From Klebsormidium nitens (taxonomy: Eukaryota; Plantae; Klebsormidiophyceae), in assembly GCA_000708835.1 (NCBI GenBank), contig DF237037.1:1-64000 (forward strand): DNA of 64,000 bases, in the 5' to 3' direction. Positions within the stretch are counted from its first letter, which is position 1; each line of letters starts with the position of its first letter. Under the pieces are notes generated by a model that saw only the letters and a list, made by a program, of their open reading frames with translations, searched no databases and was not told the DNA's origin. The position numbers were made by a program, and so were the translations under genes. Shown here piece by piece: positions 29,101 through 39,865 of this stretch.

Positions 29101-32100
29101 TCGAGTGAGAACGGAGACGGATACTTCCGCATGTCATTGTATGCAATACTGTCTTGCTGACGCGACGAGTATTTGCCTGTGGTCTTTTGGCTTACGATTT
29201 CCCAGGGAGACTGTTTACATTGTGCGTGTGCCCTCTCTCACCCCAGGTTATCTTCCTTCCAAGCCAACCTGAACTGCAATACTTGGCCGACTGTCGAATC
29301 TTCTTACTTGTTTTCGATCAGATTCTTGTATCGTCCGTTCTAAAGGACCACCCGCGACAACTGTTCATCAGCGCAATGGGCCTAGACTCTACTTTCCGAC
29401 TTCAACAATCCGGTGCCTACTCTTGCACCGTTAAGATTCGACTTTCCACTTCTCTCCTTTGCAGGTCGAACGGGGTGTCACCACCAACTTTACGGTCGCC
29501 GCGGGGCCGGCTTACCCGGTCTACATCACGGACGATCCCGTGGGAGGCGCGGGTCTTTTGAACACGAGCGCAGGACATGTGTACGCAGGGGGGCCGCAAG
29601 CTTACGGCACGGTGGCGGTACCGTACCGGCTGTCGTGGACGCCCAACCACACAACACCGGACACGGTCTATTACCAGGTAAGGCAGTGCACAGTGCCCTT
29701 CGTTTACAGCGATGAACCCGATTCCAGATACGACTCGCGAACCCCAATTTGCAGAGGTTGCACTGGGTTCTCGCCAATTCGTTTCTTCCTTCGGTAATCA
29801 CCGAACAGAATTCCGGCGATCACCGCTCAGATCTCGAAGCCGCAGGCGTAAACCTCAATACTTGGTGGCAAACGACGTTACTCGTCTCGTTGCTGGCGTC
29901 ACCCAATTATTGAAGGCATGGTAAATAGCGAATGGGGTGGCAGGTTTTCTGCCTGATGGTGGTTGCGCGGGCACGCATCCCAACCGTTTGCAGTTTCCCA
30001 ATCCTCTTGCTGACGTCACCCTCCTCCCTGCAGGCGTTGTCGGAGCGCAAGTTGAGGTGGCAGGTCTAGGTTATGGACGGTGGCTTCACGGACATGAACT
30101 CTGAACATGTATCACAGACGACGTTACACATGACTCTTGCTGACGTCCCCCGTTACTATTGCTGACGTCTGCAGGCGTGGTCGGAGCGCAAGATGGGGTG
30201 GCAGATCTCGGTGGTCGACGGCGGTTTCACGGACATGTACCCCAACATGGCCACTCTGGCGGACGGCAAGGTCAATCTCTACTGGGCGCTTCACTACGAC
30301 AGCATCTCGTTCGCGGTGCGCGGATTGCGGCCCAGCAACTGGCTGGCCATTGCGTTCGGCAGGTGAGTCCTTCGCTTTCGGCTTCTGTCTTGTTCGGCCG
30401 TTGTTGCTACAATCTTTCTGATCTCGGCTTCGTTTCCTTCCTGCCGTTGATCTTTCAATATTGGGTTTGGCTCTGTTTTCTTAGTGCCGTTGTCTTATAA
30501 CACTTGTTGGTTACGGCTTCTCTTCCTCCCGGTCGTCATTCTTTGAGCGAACATGCCCTGTCAAGGGATTTCACGCCTCAGCTTCTTCCCCTATATTCAC
30601 GCGTGCTTTCTTCGGAAGTGCCGCTGCTTTTCTTGTCTTTCCGCCAGTGATGCAGAGTGTTGCCTTCAAAAACACCACGGCTTTTCTAAACGTTTCCCAA
30701 ATTTTGTGAATCGTCGTTACCAACAAACACTGCTTTTTTCCCCGTCCTCCCAATGCGCCAATTGCCCCGTCGACTCTGCAGCGGCATGGTAAACAGCAAT
30801 TCGTACGTGGGCTGGTTGGACGGCGACATTCCCCGAGTCTCCACCTACTGGATGGACGCCCACGACCCCTCCGGGCTGCACCCAGTGAAAGAGATGCTGA
30901 CCAATCAACGCGTCAGCGTTTCGGGGGGGTACATCAGCTTCGAGTTTACCCGCCTGCTACGGATACCCGGCAGCAGAAACGAGATTGATCCGGAATCGCT
31001 GTTGCGGGTGGTGTGGGCGTACGGGGACGCTTGGACCACCGGTGAGGGATTCCGCCGCTTGCCGAGCTCTGCGTATACGCTCATTTCCACTCGCAGTTCT
31101 TGTCGAGACAACGCAGTTTTGAAATGGTTGCGTGATTGTCGCAAAGGCGTCTGGGTAACCAGCTGTGTCAGTTGTGCGTACCGTGAGGATTGAAAGAGAG
31201 GCAGGGAGAAGGCTTCAGAACGTTTCCTGGAGCAGCAGAGTAGCGACGCTTGTTCTCCCTTAAGCATATCACAGGTTTCAACATCCTGTGACAGCTAGAC
31301 ACAAGCAGCGCAACGAACCGGGCTTACGCTACTCTGTGAGAGACCTACCCCAGCTTTGCAAACCGTCTATGGTTACGTAACCAGTCCTATCCTGACCCTC
31401 ACCTCGTCTTGCAGGCACGCTGACGTCCAAGCACATGCACACCGCCATGAGCAGTGACGTCACGCTGATCAATCTGCGGCTGGGCGTCGCCCAGGTGGAA
31501 CATTTACAACCAGTGTTCGTCGTCCACGGATTCATCATGTTCCTCGCCTGGGGTGTGCTGCTGCCAGGTGGCGCCATCGCTGCGCGCTACATGAAGGACT
31601 GGACCGGGGATATCTGGTTCAAGTGAGGCTACTCCCACTTCTTCTCTTAGGTTTTGTTCTTTTCAGTTCCAACCTACGATGAGAGCTTTGACATTACGAA
31701 AGTGTAGGTAATAGAAACCTTGAAAGGCAGATTTCCGACTAAGTGAGCCATTTTACTGTCTGTCGCCGGACATTCCTGCATAGTAGGCTCAGACAAGTCC
31801 TGACCTTTGAAGTTGTCGAGCAGTTGTCGGATCATGGTATCCGGTCTGGGTCCGACCTAAGATTTTAAGGAACGAGAAACGGTATCTCCTTCGTATGACG
31901 GTTCTCTCCACGCAAAAGCCGTTGCCTTCAACAAGCTGTCAAAGAGTGTCATATACAATGGGTCGATAAGATTGTAATAAGAAGGAAGAAATGTCGCCGT
32001 TTCATCCGAACGCTATCCTCATTTTTGTCATCCGCAGGGTGCACGTTTACTCGCAGACAACGGGGTTGGTGATGGCGGGGCTTGGACTGCTGTTTGCCAT

Positions 32101-34568
32101 GGGCGAGCTGAAAGGGTGAGTATTTTCTAAACAGAGTCCACTGCTTCCTCTTGGCCTCGCAACAGTGTACTGCTTTCCTCAATCCCGCAGACTATCGCTT
32201 TTCTTCCCCGCTCATACAGTATATCTGTTGTTCGGCACTTAAGAGTCGGCGAATTTAGGGTCGTGACCTCAGTAGAACCAAGGGCTTTCTTTTCCGCGCA
32301 TCTGGGGTCATAATAATAATAGTCTGCGGTTTTGCAAAGGGCACGAGCAGCCCATCCTATACAAGGCGACTCCCTGCCGCATCATCAGACCAACTCTTTT
32401 GCCCACGCTTGAGGCTTACGTCTTTCAGCCGTTTGATCTCTGTCCTTTGAATGCCTTGGTTCACCATTCTCTTGCAAAGGTTCGCCCGAGACGCTTCAGC
32501 GCTACTGCAGGCACGCAGGGGTTCAACCGGCCCTCCTTCATTTTGCACTTGGTTTTCGTTCGGCTTTTCTTGGTGACACGTTTCCCCTCTCCCTCAAGGG
32601 TTTGTCTTTATTCAAGACATCCGACTCAAAATCTGAAAGAGCGCGGATGACTCATCCAGGCTCACTTTACACGCCGCATGCAAAAACCGAAATGGTGGTC
32701 CTGATGTTCGAAGTGCTGTACTCCATCTCGACACAGATCCAGTCGGCTACTTTCTCCTTTCCAGCCATGCACGAAACCCACTGGCATCCTTGTTCTTCCC
32801 AGGCTCAACCTGTATACGACGCATGCTAAGATTGGGATGGTGGTCCTCGTGTTCGGAGTGCTTCAGCCCATCAATGCGGCGCTGCGGCCGGAGAAGCCGA
32901 TCCCCGGGGAGAAGCCGAGCATGCCCCGGGAGATCTGGCAGACGCTGCACCAGTAAGCCCCTGTTCGCCGCTCTCTTTCTTCTCGTCGATAAGGGAGTTC
33001 TAGCGGAGGCCACAGGTCATCTCGTCTGAAGTCTTGGCACAGGGAAAGTTGCCATGCGACCTTCCTTCCAACCCCCCTTGGTGAGTCGCGAAGCTCGTCT
33101 CGCTCCATTATGTAGCTCTGCTGGCACCGGGCCGTTCCAGCCAGGCAAGCAATTTCCGCTGGTCCTGATGAAGTTTGACAATCTCAAGCGCTTCGTGAGA
33201 CTGGAGCATGAAAAGGCCCCTCTCTTAAGCTGATGCAATTCTCAGAGCCTTCCTTCTGACTCGAATCTAAACATACTCTTTGACCTGCCATATCTACGAT
33301 GGGTCGTATCGTCCTCCTGCTGATGCCTTTTTCAACCTGTTCTTCTCCTTAGCTCACGATTGGCTGCCGCCAATCATCCCTCCCCGTCGGCTCATGTTGC
33401 AGCCTAATTTGCCTGGTTCGCGGAGGTTTTGTTGCCTACTGAAAATGTCCTTCGAGTACTTTCGCCCGGTGGCTTTATATCAGTTGCTCAGACACCTCAC
33501 TCTCGCTCGTCTTTCTCACTTAGGTTGGCCGGGGCTTGTGTCGCTGGTGGCCATGCTGAGTAGACTGACGCAGGCTGAACCGACGAAGACATAAGATCGA
33601 CCGGTTGCGTTTGCCGGTTCTCAGCCCACTCACTTTTACTCCTTTCCTGCGCAGTTGGTTGGGCCGGGGCGCAATGCTGCTGTCGCTAGTGGCCATGCTG
33701 AGTGGACTCGTGCAGCTGAACCGACTGGAAGTCATAGGGTAGACCGGTTATGTTTCTCGGTTGCTAAACCTCTCTTTCTGACTCATTTCTTTCGCAGTTG
33801 GTTGGGCCGGGGCGCAATGCTGCTGTCGCTGGTGGCCATGCTGAGTGGACTTGTACAGTTGAACCAGAGGGAGGACATGCGGAGCGACAGCGTCGCGGGG
33901 CTCATGGGCGGTCTACTGGTCTGGGTGACGGCGCTCTTTGCGTTCGTCGTGTACAAAGAATACAAGAGCTCCGAAGCAAGGTACGTGACCCTGAATCCCA
34001 TTCCCTCAAAGATAAACCCAAAACCAGTGGGGTTTTATTGGCGGGTTTGCTTGTTTGTGTGACGGCGCTCTTTGCGTTCGTTGTGTACAAAGAATACAAG
34101 AGCTCCGAAGCAAGGTAATTGACCTCGAAAACCTGAATTCTAAAATTTAGGCCAGAAAAGGCGGGTTTTTGGGCGGGTTTGCTTGTTTGGGTGACGGCGC
34201 TCTTTGCGTTCGTCGTGTACAAAGAATACAAGAGCTCCGAGGCCCGGTACGTGACCCTGAAACCTCATTCCTAATAATTAAACTAAAGAGCGGGGTTGTT
34301 GAGCGGTTTGCTTCTTGGGGGGACGGCTCATCCTGTACAAAGGATACAAGAATCCTGTACAAAGGATACAAGAGTACTGAGGCCAGGTACGTTCCTCAAG
34401 GGGGCGTCTGCCTCGCGAGGGCACCCAGAAATCGGACGGTATTCAAGACACAGGAGTAAGAAGCTCGCATGAGCCGCTTCTTTGTGACGCAGAGTCTGCA
34501 CTCGGTGGAAGAGGCAGGGGTGTTATTCAGTAAGCGTAGACCGTCAAGCCCGGCAGCCAACTCGTTAA
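26144..34568 (+). CDS. Cytochrome b561, DM13 and DOMON domain protein (At5g54830-like), about 12 exons; last exon uncertain
   Basis: Exons 26144-26326, 26760-26897, 27255-28069, 28494-28894, 29465-29677, 30175-30362, 30782-31041, 31415-31622, 32038-32115, 32803-32952, 33798-33980, possibly 34493-34568. Signal peptide, DM13 MRQHQLRGTVEVIDDC, DOMON FMALGWA...MGHADVVV, PVYITDDPVGG, second DOMON WLAIAFG...MVNS, and four b561 histidines (VHGFIM, VHVYSQ, THAKIG, LHHWLG). Confidence 0.9.
30000..30240 (+). repeat. Duplicated branch point, acceptor and 5' part of DOMON exon 6 (141-bp period)
   Basis: The copy at 30034-30099 (gcgttgtcggagcgcaagttgaggtggcag...ttcacggacatgaac) matches the real exon start at 30175 (gcgtggtcggagcgcaagatggggtggcag...ttcacggacatgtac). 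ctcttgctgacgtc precedes both. Confidence 0.85.
33490..34400 (+). repeat. Tandem duplications of both ends of DOMON exon 11: two extra acceptor+5' copies and three extra 3'+donor copies
   Basis: Acceptor-side copies start at 33523 and 33655; the real exon starts at 33798. Donor-side copies end at 34114, 34246 and 34386; the real exon ends at 33980. Periods are 132-143 bp. Confidence 0.9.
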
Positions 34569-35751
34569 CGGAACACTAATTATCAGTCTGCATCGTTTCA
34601 GCATGCTCGTGTGTGAGTTACATACAACCAAGCGGACGATGCGACGTCGACCAGTCTGGAGCCAATACTGACATTCTGCAAACAGTTGTCAGGAACACCG
34701 CCCTCGGTTTGGTCTCGATTCGGACTGCTTTTGAAGTCCTGCAGATCGTGACGGCTGTGACGCCCTTCAATCAAATTTCGACGAAGGCGGCTGTTTGTAT
34801 CGTGCAGGCCGCCTGTCCAAGGAGCGGTCCGCATCGACAGTCAAGAACCCGAGCATTGGACAAACGGGGAGAGTAACAGCGTGTTGGATCCGGATGCGGA
34901 CGAAGGACATGCGCGGGGGCTGTCTCCGCCCCGGCATCACAGTAGACGAGAAGAAAAGACTTCTGAGATTCAATTGGAGACGTTGTGAACGGTATTTCGA
35001 TTGTAATCATAAGCATATGTCCGCGATGGTCAGTAGCAGAAACCGAAAACATGATCCAATTGCGAAGCAACCTGCTGGACTGCGAAGAGCTATACTGCTC
35101 CGTCTGGCCCTGGGGCGCCCAGATCGAGTCCAGCCGAACCGCGTTGACACAGGCAGAATCGTGCGCCATTCTTATTGGCGCCGTCGGTTGATTTGGGGTT
35201 AGAACGTTGTAAAGTTGCCGGGTCGCGCGCGATATTCAAAGCTTACCGTCCTTCATCAGGAATCTTCGATTTGCGCGCTCCATGGGCCACTGTTACCCAA
35301 AACAATATTCGATGATCCCGTTTTCTACTGTCGACTCGACCCGACTGGCATGCGAGCTCGTGCGCGCACCATGTATAGCTACGGGTCCGGGTGCAGTGCC
35401 ACACAGATTCGGTGGTCTGAATGAGTGCGCACCGTCCGACAGGGCACGCATGTCAACATGTGAAGCTGCCCTGGCCGGGCGGCGGGCGCGTTTAATCAAT
35501 TCATAATTGAGCGCGGTACGGTACGTGAGCATAATATGAATATGTGCAAAAGATTTAGTATATACACCTTATCATGTTAGTACTCATGCATCAGTGTACT
35601 ATTAAATGTATAGTTAAGGCTTGTTTGAGGAATTACGGCAGGCGCGCCTATATGTTATCGTGACCATCTGGCATCCGAAGTACCAGGCCCGGCACATGAA
35701 CTTGAAGTATCTTGTTAATAGCTTGCATGCGCGCCCGGAGGGCGAAGCTTC

Positions 35752-36236
35752 NNNNNNNNNNNNNNNNNNNNNNNNNNNNNNNNNNNNNNNNNNNNNNNNN
35801 NNNNNNNNNNNNNNNNNNNNNNNNNNNNNNNNNNNNNNNNNNNNNNNNNNNNNNNNNNNNNNNNNNNNNNNNNNNNNNNNNNNNNNNNNNNNNNNNNNNN
35901 NNNNNNNNNNNNNNNNNNNNNNNNNNNNNNNNNNNNNNNNNNNNNNNNNNNNNNNNNNNNNNNNNNNNNNNNNNNNNNNNNNNNNNNNNNNNNNNNNNNN
36001 NNNNNNNNNNNNNNNNNNNNNNNNNNNNNNNNNNNNNNNNNNNNNNNNNNNNNNNNNNNNNNNNNNNNNNNNNNNNNNNNNNNNNNNNNNNNNNNNNNNN
36101 NNNNNNNNNNNNNNNNNNNNNNNNNNNNNNNNNNNNNNNNNNNNNNNNNNNNNNNNNNNNNNNNNNNNNNNNNNNNNNNNNNNNNNNNNNNNNNNNNNNN
36201 NNNNNNNNNNNNNNNNNNNNNNNNNNNNNNNNNNNN
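35752..36236. other. Assembly gap (485 N)
   Basis: Run of N. ORF-track entries containing X are artefacts of this gap. Confidence 1.
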
Positions 36237-36502
36237 TGTGCTTCCATCTATAATCGCGCGGCGCACCGATGGTCTTCAAGAGTAATTTGACCGACAAGGT
36301 AAGTCACGAGAAGCTTAAAACATTTTGATTCGTCTTGGAAGCTACCATGGATAATCATGACTAGCCAATCAACAGCGCACCCAATTGCTCTGTTCATCTA
36401 AATCAGGCTGACCGGGGCCATGCGTCTGCACATGTCTAGAAACAGAACGTTGACGTCAAGCTGACTCTTCGCTTGCCAGAACTTCCTAAACTACTAAACG
36501 GC

Positions 36503-37270
36503 CTACAACTGTTGTGCTTCTACGGTGTCGTAATATGTGAGCCCCGTCAGGTGATGGCGAAGCAGGCCGTGCTTCCGTTCGAGCTCATCGTCCCCGGGCT
36601 TACCTTCCGCCAGCACACTTCTCGGCGGAAACGGAACCTTCGTGACCGGATCCATCACCCCGTAGAAGTCAAGCAGCCAGTCGATGGACTCGTTGTTGGC
36701 CGCCCGTGCAGATCCGACAGCCATCCAGCTGAAGAACTTCTTGGTGGTCGCGGGGAACCGGTTCCGCGGAGGCAGGTCCGGCGGACTGGCGGAAAGCCGG
36801 AACAAGGGGTCCAGGTGTTCGTCCACGCCCCAAAGGGCCGCCCGGTTGCTTCTGCTTCTTATCAGGTTCTGCAAGTTTGTGCTCTGGGCTTCGAAAATCG
36901 CTTTCACTTCGGGGCTCGCGAATGCCGCGTTTATAGCTGGAACAATCGCTGCGTCCATTGCTGCGTTTAAAACGGGGGCCACTGTTGCGTTTATGGCTGG
37001 ACCAATACTTTCACTTATGGCGGCGCCAACAGCCTCCTCTATGGCTGGGCCGATGGTCGCGTCTATGGCGGGGCCCATCTCGGCGTCAATTGCAGCTTCG
37101 ATGGCACCTTCAATGGCATCTTCAATGGCGGGGCCAATAGCTGCGTCCATGGCGGGACCGATCGCAGCGTTTATGGCGGGGCCTACTGCTGCATTTATGG
37201 CTGGACCAATAGCCGCATTTATGGCGGGGCCCATTTCGGCGTCAACTGAATCTTTGATGGCAGCTTCCAT
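36503..37270 (-). CDS. Intronless protein with Ala/Ile/Gly/Pro 8-residue repeats and a C-terminal domain resembling fungal Mug135_C (DUF1773)-type proteins
   Basis: 255-aa ORF with about a dozen (I/M)xAA(I/V/M)GPA units, followed by SN..DEHLDPL..PP..RFPAT..WLLDFYG..RKHGLLRHHLTG. Family assignment is from recalled motif pattern only. A further repeat-bearing N-terminal segment (to about 37359) is out of frame by 1 nt. Confidence 0.6.
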   Translation of the reverse strand: MEAAIKDSVDAEMGPAINAAIGPAINAAVGPAINAAIGPAMDAAIGPAIEDAIEGAIEAAIDAEMGPAIDATIGPAIEEAVGAAISESIGPAINATVAPVLNAAMDAAIVPAINAAFASPEVKAIFEAQSTNLQNLIRSRSNRAALWGVDEHLDPLFRLSASPPDLPPRNRFPATTKKFFSWMAVGSARAANNESIDWLLDFYGVMDPVTKVPFPPRSVLAEGKPGDDELERKHGLLRHHLTGLTYYDTVEAQQL

Positions 37271-38828
37271 GGCGGGCCGATCGCAGCGGTGACGACAGGG
37301 CCCAGGGTAGCGTTAAGGGCCATCAGAAGATCGACGTTTGCGCCACTTGCACCTGCCATACACAGGGAGAAGCGCCGTTCTCAGAAGACTCAGATGACGG
37401 CAGGTTACGTCGTACCTTTTCTACCTGGCTGTTGGTGAACGTATTGGAGCGGCAAGGCTAGGTTGAGGATTAGCTTGAACGAAAACGGCAGCAGCGGTTG
37501 CTCTGACAGCTGGCAGCATGTGGAAAGGGGCCCACTCGTGCAAGTTTTGAGCATTGCGTGTCGAGAAACGCTCTTTCGTAACAGTCTGCTGGAAAGGGAG
37601 ATTGTACTTTGCAAGCTTGGAACATGAATCAGAAAGTAGATCGGCTTTGTCCCTACAGTACTTCCATTCAAGCAAGCCTTCCTCATCGTTACGTCGAGGT
37701 GAGAGCTTTCACTGGGAAGATCCTCACCTGCGAATCGCTCCTGCCCTGCTCCGACTCGGCAAGGTCTAACAACGTCCTGGTTGTAAAGTTGCCTGTTCGA
37801 TCAGAAAAGTCAGGCATTGAGAGAAAGTAATGCAAAACCCTGCACATGTGATTCGCGAGTTGAACCAAAACTGAGCTGTGAAGGAACAGGTGAAGGAACA
37901 TGCGACTTTTCTCCTGACCATAACAAAAGGCGTCTTCAAACCAGCCCTCCAGTATAATTGCGCATCCGCAACCAAGAACTTCGAAACTGGGTTGTGGCAG
38001 TGACAGCAAGAAGCTAACTGCTGTGCCCCTCTTTTGGTTTTAATTGTATGGGTAATGAATTCAATCGAAAGTCCGCTCGCGTTTGAGCAGATCCATTAGT
38101 GGTTGCGCGCGGCAATCTGTAATGGTGGCACTTGGCTGTCTTTTGCGGCCTGTCTACAAAGATGAACCTTATGCAAACCCAGAACCCTTGACACATGCAT
38201 CTTACGTTTACTTTGGAACGTAAAGCTTTGCGACACTTGCTTGGTTGACTTTGTCAATCTTTAAGCAGAGAGATATACACCAGGGGGACACCAGAGGGTA
38301 CCGCTTCCACGACGGTCACATAATGAACCAAAATCAGAACACTTCCTAAAGGAGTTTGTTTAGGTCTGACTTGCTTCATGGAACTTGAATATTCTCGAAG
38401 GAAACATTTTAGCTATACATTTTGGAGCGTCTGTTTGTGTTACCTGAGCGTGCATCATGGTGGTCATGTGTCCTTAAGTGAGCCTTTTCCAAAAAGGTGT
38501 TTACAGGTTTGAGAGCATTCACCTTGTTCAAAGCGCCTCCTCGAACCTCCACTTGTATACCTGTGACTCGAAGGTGAAGGTGCATGCGTGCGTTCGACGA
38601 TCGACGGAGTCCAGCGCGGCCGCGCCGCGACCAAAAGCCTGCAGGGTTTTGAGGTTTCAGTCTAGGTGCGGGCGCGCGGAAAGCGACGAAGCATCGAACC
38701 ACGTCGAACTGGCTTCTAGCTTCTCTCTCAGTCCGACGTCTGAGAGCGAGTCACTAGCGGACGCCATCCAGAACGCCTCAAGCTTTTGGCATACAGATCA
38801 CAATTACTGGAATTCCCAAGTCTTCAAC

Positions 38829-39865
38829 ATGGCGCCCTTCATTTTGCGGTATGGGGCTTTGTTCTTCGTTCTGGTCGCTGGGATGTTTGTTCAAAGGAGC
38901 GAGTCGTACACGATCCACATTGATGTGAACGGGAGCTTTAGCTTGCCTGATCCAGGTCCGATCAACGCCTTTCTCAGGAATCAGTCAAGCCCGTTACTTG
39001 ATCCGTCTTCACCGGCAGTTCAGCTACAAATCTGCAAGCTGAGCAATCTTTACGCCCGCTCGCTGGACTACTACACCATCCAGCACCCTGAAGGATGCGG
39101 GAGTGCTCCTGGAGGAGATGAAGGAGCTAACAAACAGTGGAAGACTGTGCACGTCCTTCAAGCAGCCTGCTTGCTTTGGATGCTGGCTCTCTTCGTGCTC
39201 CTCTACTTTGGTGTGCTTGCCTGCCATTGTAACAGGTCGCTTGCGCAGCGGGTAGACATTTGCAACCTGAAAGTAAAGGAGCGTTTTCCCAAGCTCTCGG
39301 AGACTTTTAGTGCGAGCAGTACCAGCGCCGCCAGGATCTTGCACGACACCTACGTGGTGATATGGTACAGGATTCCTGTGCCGCTCAGCTTCCTGATAAC
39401 CTTGCTTTACGTCAACAGATACAATTTCCTGGGGATGCTACCATATCGGCAGCTGCCTGACGCAGAAATCATAAACCACTTCCTTAGATCCAACGGTGAT
39501 GATACAACTCTCTACCTCTGCACCATCAGGAAGGTGTTTCAAGTCTACATAGGTTCGCGGACAGCTGCAATCAGGTGCAAGATTGGTTCTATCCCGGAGT
39601 TGAACCGACGTCGACCGGAGAGATTATATGGTTGCAATGTCTTACTTTCGTAGCCGCAATCATTGCAATCAGTATGTGGATCTTTTTAGTGATGGCGGCG
39701 CTCTACTTCTTCGTCCTGGGCATTGCTCGGTGCTGCGGCCTTTGGATGCCTACCTACGAGAGCTTTGGGCCGGGCTGCTGGACAGCTATCTTCCGCAAGC
39801 AGAAGATGCGCAACGTCGATGACGTTGACTCGCTGACGCAAGCCCCGGCTGGATCAGAGGTATAA
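38829..39865 (+). CDS. Hypothetical signal-peptide-bearing multi-pass membrane protein (orphan)
   Basis: MAPFILRYGALFFVLVAGMFVQRSES followed by hydrophobic segments (AACLLWMLALFVLLYFGVLA, IPVPLSFLITLLYV). A second frame, 39575-39865, adds a further TM segment. The two join in frame if 39534-39574 (gtgttt...atcag, 41 nt) is an intron. Confidence 0.55.

Noticed and set aside
35614-36297. Long ORFs in the provided track
   Set aside because: They are artefacts of translating the N gap.
37690-37740. Ubiquitin-like phrase VEVRAFTGKILTCE
   Set aside because: Only about 14 residues resemble ubiquitin, and the rest of the fold and the C-terminal GG are absent.
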